A stretch of 64,000 nt of DNA. It comes from a virus. The DNA lies in IMG/VR virus record IMGVR_UViG_3300025168_000071, positions 4,796 through 68,795 of that record; one strand, given 5' to 3'. Below are positions 10,486 to 19,756 of this stretch, piece by piece. Made by a program: the position numbers and the translations under genes. The notes beneath the pieces are model-generated. The model was not told the DNA's origin, made no database searches, and was given only the letters and a program-made list of their open reading frames with translations. Within the stretch, counting starts at the first letter, position 1; every line of letters begins with the position of its first letter.

Positions 10486-10950
10486 CTAACTAAGTTTTTC
10501 CAATGCTCTGTCCAATAAATAGGCTGGAAATGTTCTTAGTTCGAGAGATTTATCGTCTTTTACGTCTTCAATGGAGACCCACTTTGAATCACTGTGCTCA
10601 ATAGCCCCTGTTTTAGGGTTTTCTCGGAACCTTATTGTACCAGACCACTCTGTGGTTGTATAAAAATACTTATCTGCATCACCAGTGGTAACTTTAGCAA
10701 CATAAATGAGATCTTTTTTAGATGATGTCAGTCCGGTTTCCTCTTCTAATTCTCTAAGAGCCCCGTCTTCAATCGATTTGTCCTCATCATCAACGTGCCC
10801 ACCCGGCAGATCCCAGTGTCCCTGCTTAGTATCTTCATCTTTGGAGCGCTTAATAACTAAAACTTTGTCTTTTTTATCAACACAAATAACACAAGCGATA
10901 ATTTTGCGCTTTTTTTTGACTTCATTTAGAAAATTGTGCCATTTTTTCAT
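10486..10950 (-). CDS. Nudix hydrolase with WHNFLNE leader
   Basis: GGHVDDEDKSIEDGALRELEEETG Nudix box. Confidence 0.9.
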   Translation of the reverse strand: MKKWHNFLNEVKKKRKIIACVICVDKKDKVLVIKRSKDEDTKQGHWDLPGGHVDDEDKSIEDGALRELEEETGLTSSKKDLIYVAKVTTGDADKYFYTTTEWSGTIRFRENPKTGAIEHSDSKWVSIEDVKDDKSLELRTFPAYLLDRALEKLS

Positions 10951-10954
10951 TATT

Positions 10955-11704
10955 TTACTGGCATGCTTTGGCTTTAATAACACCGGTGCGGCAAAGAGCT
11001 TCCAAAGAGTGATCTAAATTTAAGACTTGAATTGGTTGCACCCAAATTAAGTTACCAATAACTTGTAAATCTGGCCTGTGTTCTACATCGACGCCCCATA
11101 GAATACCAACTATTTTGCCATCACTGTCGTAAACAACAGACCCGCTGCAGCCAAACCACCCATGAGTGTGAAGAAGTATCTGTACCCCCGCCCCATTAAG
11201 CACTTCATAACCCGCCACGCGCCCTCTGAAGGTCATCAATTGATGAGAAGAGGGAAAGCCAGAGTAAGTGATTTCCTGTCCAACAGAAGCTAGCTCAGTG
11301 CTCGGCGCGTATTTAAGAGGCTCAACATTTTCGAATTGCTCTACCATATATAGAATTGCTATATCATGTAGTGGATCACCGTGTACCAGAATCGATCTCC
11401 TTACTTCGGCGCCTCTCATTATCAAGTAGTCGGTTCCTAAAACACCATCAGCAACATGCTGTGCTGTCAATACTAAAGTGAGGCCTTTATATTTTATAAG
11501 CGATCCTGATCCATGGCCACCTCTGGAAGTGACAACTCTTACGGCAGCATCTCTCACCTTCTTTTCAGCACTCGTCATGCCAGCACTAATCGGAACTGGC
11601 TCAGTATTGATTTTAGAATCAAATGTGTTAGCTACTTTGGCTTCAGCTGCCATCGCCGGCTGAATGCACATTAGTGCTGCAGCTAATAATAATAAATGTT
11701 TCAT
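10955..11704 (-). CDS. Secreted trypsin-like serine protease
   Basis: Signal peptide; TAQHV, DIA, GCSGS. Confidence 0.85.
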   Translation of the reverse strand: MKHLLLLAAALMCIQPAMAAEAKVANTFDSKINTEPVPISAGMTSAEKKVRDAAVRVVTSRGGHGSGSLIKYKGLTLVLTAQHVADGVLGTDYLIMRGAEVRRSILVHGDPLHDIAILYMVEQFENVEPLKYAPSTELASVGQEITYSGFPSSHQLMTFRGRVAGYEVLNGAGVQILLHTHGWFGCSGSVVYDSDGKIVGILWGVDVEHRPDLQVIGNLIWVQPIQVLNLDHSLEALCRTGVIKAKACQ

Positions 11705-11728
11705 ACGGTTCCCCTTGTAGTATAAATA

Positions 11729-13327
11729 TTACATACACTCCGAAACAGGATTATAACTGATATAAATATCGGATCCGGCTCGCGGTATGTGGCCCTCATT
11801 AAAACTAACGGCGTTGGCAGAACTATCGTAAGTCCACTCGGTGTTGACAACGCCGTCCACCTCTATGTATATAGTGTCTTCCACTGCTTGTTTCGTGAGT
11901 GTAAAAGATGTTTTGAGGATAGATTCGTTTGCTAAGGTTTCTAATGGTGTGCCCCAGTCATCAGCACAGATTGAAAGAAAAGTGCCGTGTAAGTAACCAA
12001 CCACGGTATGATATAAATGAGCCTCAACAGCACCTCCATTAGCGCTGCATCCGCCGGGATAGTCTCCTGCGACCGCATGAGCAGTAACATAATCAGCGCC
12101 CCCCTTAACAGCGGTAATATAAGTGTAGAAAGTATGGGGCGATGTTGTTGAGGTGTCGTCTTCGTCAGATACAAAAACTATGATTAGCTTTGCATCATTT
12201 CTCCAGAAAGTACTCCCGGGCCCGAAGTCGGCGCCAGTTTGGAGTGCCTCATACGCGTAGTGTATCCCTTTCTCATGAGCGCTGCCGCGCGTACCTATAC
12301 CGTCAATAATGCCTTGCACATCGCCGACTGGATCAATAGCAGTGTCATCAACGATCCCGCCCACACTAATGGCTGAGTCTGTAGTAATAAACCCTATGTG
12401 GTAGTCGATTCCGGAAAGTATGAAAACGTTCATGAAACTTTCAATGTTGTCTTTTAGGTTGGTCTGGTTTCCACCCATCGAGCCAGAGTTGTCAACTACA
12501 AACAATATGTCGACTTCGTTTATCTCACTTTGTTCAAATACTTCTTCATACATTGAGTCGTAACTTCCGACCGCGCTCTGCTCAGACGTTGCTATCGGAG
12601 TATGTGGGTCATTAGAATAGACATCGATGTCGCCGTAATCTATTTCCAAATCCATTGGATTATGAAAAACTTCCACCATGGCGTAGGTACCGGGCGAGAT
12701 AATCCATGGCAGCGGCCCGTTGATCGTTTCGTAATCGTTGATGCCAAGGTCTGCAGGGTAAGTAATAAAATAGTCAATACGGTCTACTACAAGTTCCACG
12801 TTACCCAAATTCCATATGGAGATTTCTTGAGTTTCCTCACAACCAACAAGCGTGGTGCCAAAATCATAATAGTCTGGATCAATCCAGATAACGGGAGCAT
12901 CACCAGTTCCCGCAATAGGGACCTCAACACGCCAGTCATCTGGGTCATTAGAATCGATATGGATCGTGCCGGCATCCGTAGAATAAGTATCGGGGTCGTA
13001 TGTGATACTGAATGTTGCTTCTTCTCCGGGTTCTAACTCACCGTCCTCATCATTCAAAGCTGTTAAAGTATATACAGCGCCATCGGCATTGAGACTGATT
13101 TCATCGACTACAAGGGTATCTACCCCTATATTGCCAATTGTAATAGTTTGTGAGTCCGACTCTGCCTCTGCATTAAGGGCGCCGAAATTGATTTCTGCCG
13201 GCTCAACCGTGATGTTCGGAACACTTTCACCCGGGATCGGCTTGTCTTTTATTTTTGTGACACCATAGTCACTATGACACGCCGCGAGAATGCCCAAGAA
13301 GGTTAGTATTTTCCATGTGCGCCCCAT
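11729..13327 (-). CDS. Lipoprotein with two Ig-like (choice-of-anchor D type) domains and a vWA domain
   Basis: LAAC lipobox; I.NIG...L.V..I and SNDP repeats; DILFVVDNSGSM MIDAS; VSDEDD. Confidence 0.8.
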   Translation of the reverse strand: MGRTWKILTFLGILAACHSDYGVTKIKDKPIPGESVPNITVEPAEINFGALNAEAESDSQTITIGNIGVDTLVVDEISLNADGAVYTLTALNDEDGELEPGEEATFSITYDPDTYSTDAGTIHIDSNDPDDWRVEVPIAGTGDAPVIWIDPDYYDFGTTLVGCEETQEISIWNLGNVELVVDRIDYFITYPADLGINDYETINGPLPWIISPGTYAMVEVFHNPMDLEIDYGDIDVYSNDPHTPIATSEQSAVGSYDSMYEEVFEQSEINEVDILFVVDNSGSMGGNQTNLKDNIESFMNVFILSGIDYHIGFITTDSAISVGGIVDDTAIDPVGDVQGIIDGIGTRGSAHEKGIHYAYEALQTGADFGPGSTFWRNDAKLIIVFVSDEDDTSTTSPHTFYTYITAVKGGADYVTAHAVAGDYPGGCSANGGAVEAHLYHTVVGYLHGTFLSICADDWGTPLETLANESILKTSFTLTKQAVEDTIYIEVDGVVNTEWTYDSSANAVSFNEGHIPRAGSDIYISYNPVSECM

Positions 13328-13351
13328 ACTTTTAACTATAGGGTGTTGAAG

Positions 13352-13579
13352 CTATTCTCGCAAGAAAACAAAATTAAGTAAAAAAATATTAAGAATACTT
13401 AGTAGTTGGAGTGAAAAATCACCCATATAAGTGGCGAACCCAAACAAAAGGGTGTTTATTATAATCCCGGTGAGTGAAGCGTAATAAAAGACCTTACTAA
13501 GCACCTTACTTCCCCCTTCACATATAGATAGGCACCACCTTACGAAATAGAAATGATCTCCACGCTCCCGGGAATACAC
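13352..13579 (-). CDS. Small membrane protein (start uncertain)
   Basis: Two hydrophobic segments. Confidence 0.45.
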   Translation of the reverse strand: MYSRERGDHFYFVRWCLSICEGGSKVLSKVFYYASLTGIIINTLLFGFATYMGDFSLQLLSILNIFLLNFVFLRE

Positions 13580-13782
13580 TCACGCACAGTTCCAGTCTGG
13601 AAGACATAAACATCAACACTTGGCCAAATTGGTAGTTGTTGTTCGTTGTTATGCTTGATCTCGCTAATCACGATCCCCTTAACATATATGTAATCGTCTT
13701 CACGACCGGTGGGGTAATCTTTTAGTTTGACTAAGTCGCCCTTCTTTATTTCCCACAGGAAGCAATTATTAACAGCCATCAT
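13540..13782 (-). CDS. SH3/KOW-like small protein
   Basis: IKKGDLVKL...GIVI...VDVYV...VEIIS. Confidence 0.65.
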   Translation of the reverse strand: MMAVNNCFLWEIKKGDLVKLKDYPTGREDDYIYVKGIVISEIKHNNEQQLPIWPSVDVYVFQTGTVRECIPGSVEIISIS

Positions 13783-14249
13783 AGTTTGGATATTTCTTCG
13801 CTCATCCACTCGTCCGCGCGCGACGAAGTAGAGAAGGGAGGGGACAGTCCGGCAAGATAACGAGATGTGCCAGATTCAAGCGCCGCCCATTGCCACTTCC
13901 AGTTTGTTTCTTTGGATAGAACAAGGCCCCCCGCGACTTGGCAATTTTTGAATGCCGACGCGTCCACATTTTTGAGATATTTGGCGAAGACGCGATTTTT
14001 TCTTTTTTGTATTTTTTTCCTAAAATCAAGTTCATCTTCAACTTGTCGACCTTGTGGTAAGTCGCTCCTCAAAATCATAATCTTAGATCCGCGAAGTTTT
14101 TCCGTAAAATTTTCCTTAAATTCTTCCTCATAATATTCCCCTACACTCGCAGGGTCATCGTACTCAAACACGTGAAACGGTGCTTTCGCCCGTTTTCCGT
14201 TTTTAAACAGTTTATATACATTCCAATTATAGCTCAAAGGTAACTCCAT
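13779..14249 (-). CDS. Hypothetical protein
   Basis: 156-aa ORF in the operon. Confidence 0.65.
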   Translation of the reverse strand: MELPLSYNWNVYKLFKNGKRAKAPFHVFEYDDPASVGEYYEEEFKENFTEKLRGSKIMILRSDLPQGRQVEDELDFRKKIQKRKNRVFAKYLKNVDASAFKNCQVAGGLVLSKETNWKWQWAALESGTSRYLAGLSPPFSTSSRADEWMSEEISKL

Positions 14250-14511
14250 TTGTTGATTGCCATTTTATTATACCAAGAAAGATAGACATTTTCAAGTAAT
14301 CTTCTTCTAAAAAGTTATTTAAATATCGTTCGTCTTCTCCATCCGCTAGCGAAGTCCATCGTATCTTCCAAAAATACATGTCATCGAGCGCCATATCGAT
14401 TCGGTGGACACGCTCTATGAGTACGCCAACGTCGCCGCTAGCGTTGTCAATAATCATATCGCCAACCGAGAGGGTTATGGCGCCAACTTCTTCTTCTATC
14501 GCATCAATCAT
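14227..14511 (-). CDS. SH3/KOW-like small protein
   Basis: LSVGDMIID...GVLIER...WKIRW; similar to neighbour 14515..14874. Confidence 0.6.
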   Translation of the reverse strand: MIDAIEEEVGAITLSVGDMIIDNASGDVGVLIERVHRIDMALDDMYFWKIRWTSLADGEDERYLNNFLEEDYLKMSIFLGIIKWQSTNGVTFEL

Positions 14512-14514
14512 ACA

Positions 14515-14874
14515 TTAAATACTTTTGTAAAGTAATAATGCACCCGAATCGAATAATATTTCAAGGCCTTCTTCCGTATAAGTTTGCATTCGCTCGTGCA
14601 CCGGCAACACATTGGGCCCCGTCCAATACAAATCCCACACCATCACAACGCCGCAGTCATCGTATTCCTCGCGCCAATCTTCTTCAAAGATGTTATAACG
14701 TCGAAGCAGAACACCAACATCGTGATTAATCGTATCATACACAACATCCCCCACATTAAATATGGGTCTCCTATAAGGCTTCTTCCTTGTCGGCAAAATC
14801 GATATTGAGCCAATTGCGACGATTGGTGCATTGAAGCGCATACCGCTCCAAAATTTGGCCCTGCTCCCCACCAC
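14515..14874 (-). CDS. SH3/KOW-like small protein (true start probably near 14796)
   Basis: FNVGDVVYD...GVLLRR...WDLYW. Confidence 0.55.
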   Translation of the reverse strand: MVGSRAKFWSGMRFNAPIVAIGSISILPTRKKPYRRPIFNVGDVVYDTINHDVGVLLRRYNIFEEDWREEYDDCGVVMVWDLYWTGPNVLPVHERMQTYTEEGLEILFDSGALLLYKSI

Positions 14875-15049
14875 TAACTATACAGTTATTCGCAGGAACC
14901 TTAAGCATGTTAACTTTTTTCTCTAACACGATAGGGCCGATTCTTTTGTGTGGCGCAGAAGGCGCATGTATGCTTTCGCCGGCGCCCACATCAGTGCTAG
15001 CCCACAAAAAAGCCACAGTTATGATGAAGGCAGTTAAAAATTTAGCCAT
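14771..15049 (-). CDS. Secreted hypothetical protein
   Basis: Signal peptide; GGAG RBS. Confidence 0.55.
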   Translation of the reverse strand: MAKFLTAFIITVAFLWASTDVGAGESIHAPSAPHKRIGPIVLEKKVNMLKVPANNCIVSGGEQGQILERYALQCTNRRNWLNIDFADKEEAL

Positions 15050-15084
15050 TATTTATATCTCCAGAATGATACCACATATGTAGT

Positions 15085-15282
15085 CTATACAACTATGTAA
15101 TGTCCGTGATTATCCCAAATAACCCAACTTAATTTTCCTACCTTGGGGAACTTGACCTGCATCATGCCGGTATCTTCATCGATGCGAGTTACCATGCCAA
15201 GAGAACGCTTAAGCGGCGACATGTCTTTAATAAAATCGCCTTCATACGCAATGCGTCTTTGGGCAGCAAATGGGTCTCTCAT
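15085..15282 (-). CDS. SH3/KOW-like small protein
   Basis: EGDFIKD...GMVTRI...VKFPK. Confidence 0.55.
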   Translation of the reverse strand: MRDPFAAQRRIAYEGDFIKDMSPLKRSLGMVTRIDEDTGMMQVKFPKVGKLSWVIWDNHGHYIVV

Positions 15283-15283
15283 G

Positions 15284-15541
15284 TTATACCTTGATTCGGT
15301 CGATGATGTAAGGGTGATGGTAGGACAAATCTTTGTAGAGCTTCTTAATCACCTTCTTGGTGATTTCCGCAATCTCTTCTTTGGTAGACTTGGAATTGAG
15401 GGCTTTAGTAAGCTCTTCTTCGAGAGCAGACTTAAGTTCTTTCTTGAGTGACTTGTCCAGTTCCTTGGAGATCATGGATTTGATTTCCACTTTGTCAGAC
15501 TTGGTCAATTCCTCAAGAATTAGCGCTTTGACGATATTCAT
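15284..15541 (-). CDS. Lys/Glu-rich helical protein, putative virion/scaffold
   Basis: LILEELTK; ACTATTTAT motif upstream. Confidence 0.6.
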   Translation of the reverse strand: MNIVKALILEELTKSDKVEIKSMISKELDKSLKKELKSALEEELTKALNSKSTKEEIAEITKKVIKKLYKDLSYHHPYIIDRIKV

Positions 15542-15633
15542 TGTTGGTATCATACCATAAATAGTATCAAAAGTCAATGAGGCTACTTAAATTGCTCAGA
15601 AATCTTAGCAGATATCTCTGAAGAATGTAAACT

Positions 15634-15933
15634 TTACTTAGCCGGCTTTCTGTAGCGCACTACTTTATGCGGTACGCTACATCCGTCTATGCTAAATATA
15701 TCAACAGCACCGTTCCTGTTTCGTAGAACATAGCCTTCCCAATGACATGTCACCATCTTCTCCGGTTCAATTATGATGCGGCTAGCAGATGCGTTATTAG
15801 AGCAATAGGCCTCAGCGCGGTCGCCCTCGCGCCCACCGTACATTGACCAATATATGCTCCCGCGGCATTGCGGGCACATTGGTACTAACTCGATCTGTGC
15901 ACCAATTAGTTTGCGCGCGTAACGTTTAGCCAT
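15634..15933 (-). CDS. Zn-ribbon-like hypothetical protein
   Basis: CPQC...C...C.W.G. Confidence 0.55.
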   Translation of the reverse strand: MAKRYARKLIGAQIELVPMCPQCRGSIYWSMYGGREGDRAEAYCSNNASASRIIIEPEKMVTCHWEGYVLRNRNGAVDIFSIDGCSVPHKVVRYRKPAK

Positions 15934-15941
15934 ATTAATAA

Positions 15942-16193
15942 CTATAAGCTGTACGTACTATTCACTACTTTTAAAAACCGCGCGTTATTCACTCTCTTCT
16001 TCTCCGCATTCACGCTAGCTTCCTTAAACCAGTACACAACCACGCTATCATTGTTATCTTTAAACTGATTCGCTTTAACCTCTAATACAATACCGTACGG
16101 TTGCTGATTAGCTGCGTCTGGTATAGAGTCGGTTACGTAATCATATGTCCGCGTCACTAGGTCTCCCACGTGAATCTCTGATCGCCGGCTCAC
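15942..16193 (-). CDS. SH3/KOW-like small protein
   Basis: IHVGDLVTR...GIVLEV...VVYW...LKVVN. Confidence 0.65.
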   Translation of the reverse strand: MSRRSEIHVGDLVTRTYDYVTDSIPDAANQQPYGIVLEVKANQFKDNNDSVVVYWFKEASVNAEKKRVNNARFLKVVNSTYSL

Positions 16194-16393
16194 CCTCCGC
16201 GCCTCTTTCTGAAGTCCTCTATTCTCCGCGCCATTGCCATGGCCCTCTCACGTGCCTCTGCTTCCCTCAACAGGTCCAACGCCATGGCACACACGCGTGG
16301 CAGCCATTCGGCGCACTGTACCGGGTCTAGCAGCCCATTAGCGCTGTGCTTGTACAAGTCTCGTAGTTTTTCTTTGGGTATTTTTTGAGCCAT
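16190..16393 (-). CDS. Hypothetical protein
   Basis: Start MAQK after AAGGCGG RBS. Confidence 0.5.
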   Translation of the reverse strand: MAQKIPKEKLRDLYKHSANGLLDPVQCAEWLPRVCAMALDLLREAEARERAMAMARRIEDFRKRRGG

Positions 16394-16620
16394 GCATGGT
16401 ACCGCCTTCTTTTCACTTAAATATAATGTTAAAACTTTGTTAACCCTAAAGTTTGGGAATTTTTTAGGCGCATCGCGAGAAGGGGTAAGGCACGGCCTAC
16501 GCCCCCTGTCAAGCACCGATACATACATTCGGGTACGGGGGGAGGGGGAGGGTACCCCCATATGCTAGGTGTAACCTTGGTTATTTAGAAGTGATACATG
16601 TTGATACACATAGTGTGACA

Positions 16621-16658
16621 TGTCATATGTTTGTCAAGTGAGCGTCAGTTACTTGTCA
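16621..16658. repeat. Four (T/C)GTCA boxes at exact 11-bp period
   Basis: Boxes start at 16621, 16632, 16643, 16654. Confidence 0.7.
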
Positions 16659-16795
16659 GTTCTACTGTATACTATGTGATACGCCATGGCACCATACACT
16701 ATACCTAACACTGGTACCCAATACATTGCACCGAACGCAATGCTCGATGTCAACTTACTGTAATGTTTTATTCTTTCTTTAGTAGTCTCACGCAT
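16649..16795 (-). CDS. Small membrane protein (48 aa)
   Basis: MRETTKERIKHYSKLTSSIAFGAMYWVPVLGIVYGAMAYHIVYSRTDK; GGAGG RBS, ACTATTTA upstream. Confidence 0.6.
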   Translation of the reverse strand: MRETTKERIKHYSKLTSSIAFGAMYWVPVLGIVYGAMAYHIVYSRTDK

Positions 16796-17356
16796 TAATC
16801 TGTTAAGCCTCCATGATTAAATAGTATTACTCTCGGCACAATCGCATAGCCAACGTCATGACGCACTCCCCCATTAACGCATTGTCGCATTTTGTAACAT
16901 TTTAAAAGCTCTGAGATTACAGCCGCTTAGTTAAGGTTCCCCCTATAGGGAGAGGATTATATTATGTTGTACGCGGCACTCCTTGCACCGCCGGTTAGTT
17001 ATATTGTTTTGTAGCATAATGTAACATCGTGTGTTACGCTGGACGCAGTCGCATTAATGGTCATGTACGTTCGAGAAAGGTTTGTTTGAAAGCGCGGCGG
17101 TGTAGGCTGCATTGCTGTCACATATGTCACACCGTATATGTTACCACTCTATCAAAATGTATACGGACAATAAACGACTTGACACAAAATAGTGCTTGAC
17201 ACGTGTTGGGTGTGTATATACTAAACCCCTAAAGAAATAAGCACATTCATTCGCAACCACTTAAAAAACAAATACATTTGCATTTCCTTTAATCTTTATC
17301 GGATAAACCACCACCACCCACTACGATCCACTACACTACACAATGTGTATTACACA

Positions 17357-17566
17357 CTAAGGTCTTCGCTCTATTAAGCTATGTGACCTAACAGTACTGT
17401 GAATCTCATGAGAGTATTGGCTATAGTTAATATTAAGACTCTGGATATTAAATGCTATTCTCACATCTAAACCCATCTCCTTCCAGTTACTAAAGGCATG
17501 GAAGACATCAGATATTTTAGTATAAGTCTCAAACAACACTTCATTGATGTATAGATGATGTACCAT
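17357..17566 (-). CDS. Hypothetical protein
   Basis: ORF coupled to upstream gene. Confidence 0.45.
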   Translation of the reverse strand: MVHHLYINEVLFETYTKISDVFHAFSNWKEMGLDVRIAFNIQSLNINYSQYSHEIHSTVRSHSLIERRP

Positions 17567-17895
17567 TATTTATTTTTTACCCTCGCGAACTTGCCTTTGT
17601 TTAGATAATGGGGAAGTGTCACTTGCCGGCCATCAGGCGCGAGCAGGAGATACGCAAGTTTGATCCCCTTACTATTATAGATGTCGTCATCCGTTACTTT
17701 AATGCATACAAACAAATCCCCATCTGTATACAACTTGCTGCCATAGTTATAACGATTGTTTGGGTTAGCAGTTAATAGGCGCAAGTCTTGGGTTCCCCAA
17801 GCGTAGGCTTGCATGTGTGTATAGTCTTTATTTTTCTTTAACCCCTTGAGTCTGTATAGCTCTCCGGGTTTAAGGAATGGCGCCGGCTGTTTCAT
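17566..17895 (-). CDS. SH3-like hypothetical protein
   Basis: LKPGELYRL start motif. Confidence 0.55.
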   Translation of the reverse strand: MKQPAPFLKPGELYRLKGLKKNKDYTHMQAYAWGTQDLRLLTANPNNRYNYGSKLYTDGDLFVCIKVTDDDIYNSKGIKLAYLLLAPDGRQVTLPHYLNKGKFARVKNK

Positions 17896-17979
17896 GTCAT
17901 ACCCAGCAGTGAAGTTAGCAGACCTGCAATATCAAATCTAAACTCCCATATCACTATAGTGATTCCCGCCGTTACTATT

Positions 17980-18318
17980 CTATCCCTCGTCATTAGTTTT
18001 ATCCTCCTCGATATGTAAGATGTTAGCGTTAAGTATCAAAACACCCGCCGGAGCCTCGCCCGATGTGGCGCCGCCGTGCTTCACAACCAAATCCCTCACT
18101 ACGTTAGCCGGTACATGCGGATAAACGGTCATTGTGAGCTTCTGAGGGCTTTCTGCGTAGGGATCCAGCAGTGGATCCGGCCAACTCGGATACCCAAGCT
18201 CTACCTCAGTGTAGGGGCCAATATCATCGCGCGGTACGCAGTACTTACTAACGCCCGCTTGGACTGACACACTGTATCCGTCGAAGCATTTTATATGTTC
18301 ATAGAGTTTAGACTTCAT
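17980..18318 (-). CDS. Hypothetical protein
   Basis: ORF, ATGA-coupled to array 1. Confidence 0.65.
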   Translation of the reverse strand: MKSKLYEHIKCFDGYSVSVQAGVSKYCVPRDDIGPYTEVELGYPSWPDPLLDPYAESPQKLTMTVYPHVPANVVRDLVVKHGGATSGEAPAGVLILNANILHIEEDKTNDEG

Positions 18319-18458
18319 TTATTTATAACCTCCAAATAAGTTTGTGAGAACCATTCAGTTTCATCGCTAAACATGACTTTTACAAGATCCGCAGCGACTT
18401 TTATAATAAGCCCAAGATCTCCCCGCTCTGTATCTCTAACTAAATCACCCACTTGCAT
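18315..18458 (-). CDS. SH3/KOW-like array 1 unit (47 aa)
   Basis: MQVGDLVRDTERGDLGLIIKVAADLVKVMFSDETEWFSQTYLEVINK. Confidence 0.8.
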   Translation of the reverse strand: MQVGDLVRDTERGDLGLIIKVAADLVKVMFSDETEWFSQTYLEVINK

Positions 18459-18624
18459 TGATCACCTTTAGATTTCGTTCACTAACGATCTCAGTTTTAC
18501 CGTCTGTCCACAGGATCGACCACCAAGCAGTTTTCCACTTGCCCTTCTCGGCATTTTTAACAACAATACCTACAACGGGGGGAAACATCGTGCGCTTATA
18601 CATTACTAAGTCACCCGCTTGCAC
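18445..18624 (-). CDS. SH3/KOW-like array 1 unit (59 aa)
   Basis: MQAGDLVMYKRTMFPPVVGIVVKNAEKGKWKTAWWSILWTDGKTEIVSERNLKVINASG. Confidence 0.8.
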   Translation of the reverse strand: MQAGDLVMYKRTMFPPVVGIVVKNAEKGKWKTAWWSILWTDGKTEIVSERNLKVINASG

Positions 18625-18787
18625 TGATCACCTCTACGTCCCATGGGTTAGCCGCTATACGCCGCTGAGAGGCCATAACCAGCACAGTCACATCACACCC
18701 AAATACATCCTCATCGATCTTCTCAATCAAGCCCATCTTTGTGCCGTAGTGCTTTGTATCCACTTTAACCAAATCACCGACTTGCAT
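18611..18787 (-). CDS. SH3/KOW-like array 1 unit (58 aa)
   Basis: MQVGDLVKVDTKHYGTKMGLIEKIDEDVFGCDVTVLVMASQRRIAANPWDVEVISASG. Confidence 0.8.
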   Translation of the reverse strand: MQVGDLVKVDTKHYGTKMGLIEKIDEDVFGCDVTVLVMASQRRIAANPWDVEVISASG

Positions 18788-18983
18788 TGATCACCTCTAA
18801 GTCTTCCTCCAGCACGAAACCCAGTTGCCCGCTTCCACTCCAAAGGACGCGCCACCAATGCTCAACCGCACCGTTGCGGTCTGTGAGCGCGTGACTCTCG
18901 GTACCGACAATGACGCCCAGCACACCGGTGACACCCGGCAAGCGCCTAAAGTTATTCCGTCTAACCAAATCACCGACTTGCAT
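18774..18983 (-). CDS. SH3/KOW-like array 1 unit (69 aa)
   Basis: MQVGDLV...WRVLW...LEVINASR. Confidence 0.85.
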   Translation of the reverse strand: MQVGDLVRRNNFRRLPGVTGVLGVIVGTESHALTDRNGAVEHWWRVLWSGSGQLGFVLEEDLEVINASR

Positions 18984-19146
18984 TGAGCAACCTCAAGTCA
19001 ACAGGATTAGCCCAAATCTTCCGGCTACCGTCATTCGGCTGAATGACGCAGACGCAGTTATAATCGTCACGGGCAACTTCAATAACGATCCCATTCTTGG
19101 GATTTCTATGTGGCATACGCACCCTTACCAAATCACCTACTTTCAT
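18970..19146 (-). CDS. SH3/KOW-like array 1 unit (58 aa)
   Basis: MKVGDLVRVRMPHRNPKNGIVIEVARDDYNCVCVIQPNDGSRKIWANPVDLRLLNASR. Confidence 0.8.
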   Translation of the reverse strand: MKVGDLVRVRMPHRNPKNGIVIEVARDDYNCVCVIQPNDGSRKIWANPVDLRLLNASR

Positions 19147-19270
19147 TTACAGCCTCGTCATCAATCAAGCTGTTCCAATGCTTCCACGGGAACGCAGCCA
19201 ACACAAGGACACCAACCGGCAAGAGCCACATGCCATTGTCTAAAATCATAACTTGCCAATCATTTAGCAT
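19133..19270 (-). CDS. Small membrane peptide (45 aa) ending in array-junction tail
   Basis: MLNDWQVMILDNGMWLLPVGVLVLAAFPWKHWNSLIDDEAVNESR; GAGG RBS. Confidence 0.6.
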   Translation of the reverse strand: MLNDWQVMILDNGMWLLPVGVLVLAAFPWKHWNSLIDDEAVNESR

Positions 19271-19580
19271 ATTGTTTTACCTCTTCGATGTGGCGGCATG
19301 CGCGCCGGAACTGATAGCCCTTGCAAGAGCAGCTTAGGGAGCCGCTGACGGCCTCCACGGTGTAAGCCTGACCCTTGGACCCTTGGACGGTCCAAACGCT
19401 GCCTGACGGGGCTTGTGGGCCGTCTGATGGCGGGGTCCAAGTCATGTACTTGGGAAGGTCCGCGCGGGTCGTATTCTCAGGCACAGGGATCCACGTGCCG
19501 CCACTGATGGCGTAGGTGCTACTTTGCAGTCTCGCTATAAGGGGGTTCATGCTTACGCGCACAGGTAGTTCTAAGCTCAT
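19260..19580 (-). CDS. SWIM zinc-finger protein
   Basis: V.GSKG..YTV...CSCKGYQFRRACRH. Confidence 0.85.
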   Translation of the reverse strand: MSLELPVRVSMNPLIARLQSSTYAISGGTWIPVPENTTRADLPKYMTWTPPSDGPQAPSGSVWTVQGSKGQAYTVEAVSGSLSCSCKGYQFRRACRHIEEVKQYAK

Positions 19581-19756
19581 ACTTGTGAAGTCCCCGCAGC
19601 ATTACCCAGCTTGTTCGTTAACCCTTCAAGGTTTTCGATCTCGCTTACAATCTCGGTAGCATCGCCAAACATCGCACAATCTTGCAGATCGTCGATTCGG
19701 TTACCAACGCAATCCATCAACTCGATTATTTCGTCCCGTGTTAAATCAATGATCAC
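19577..19756 (-). CDS. Hypothetical protein (59 aa)
   Basis: Hand translation MIIDLTRDEIIELMDC...; coupled at both ends. Confidence 0.55.
   Translation of the reverse strand: MIIDLTRDEIIELMDCVGNRIDDLQDCAMFGDATEIVSEIENLEGLTNKLGNAAGTSQV

Noticed and set aside
17179-17224. Plus-strand promoter from two TTGACA
   Set aside because: Spacing to TATACT is only 15 bp and there is no downstream plus-strand gene
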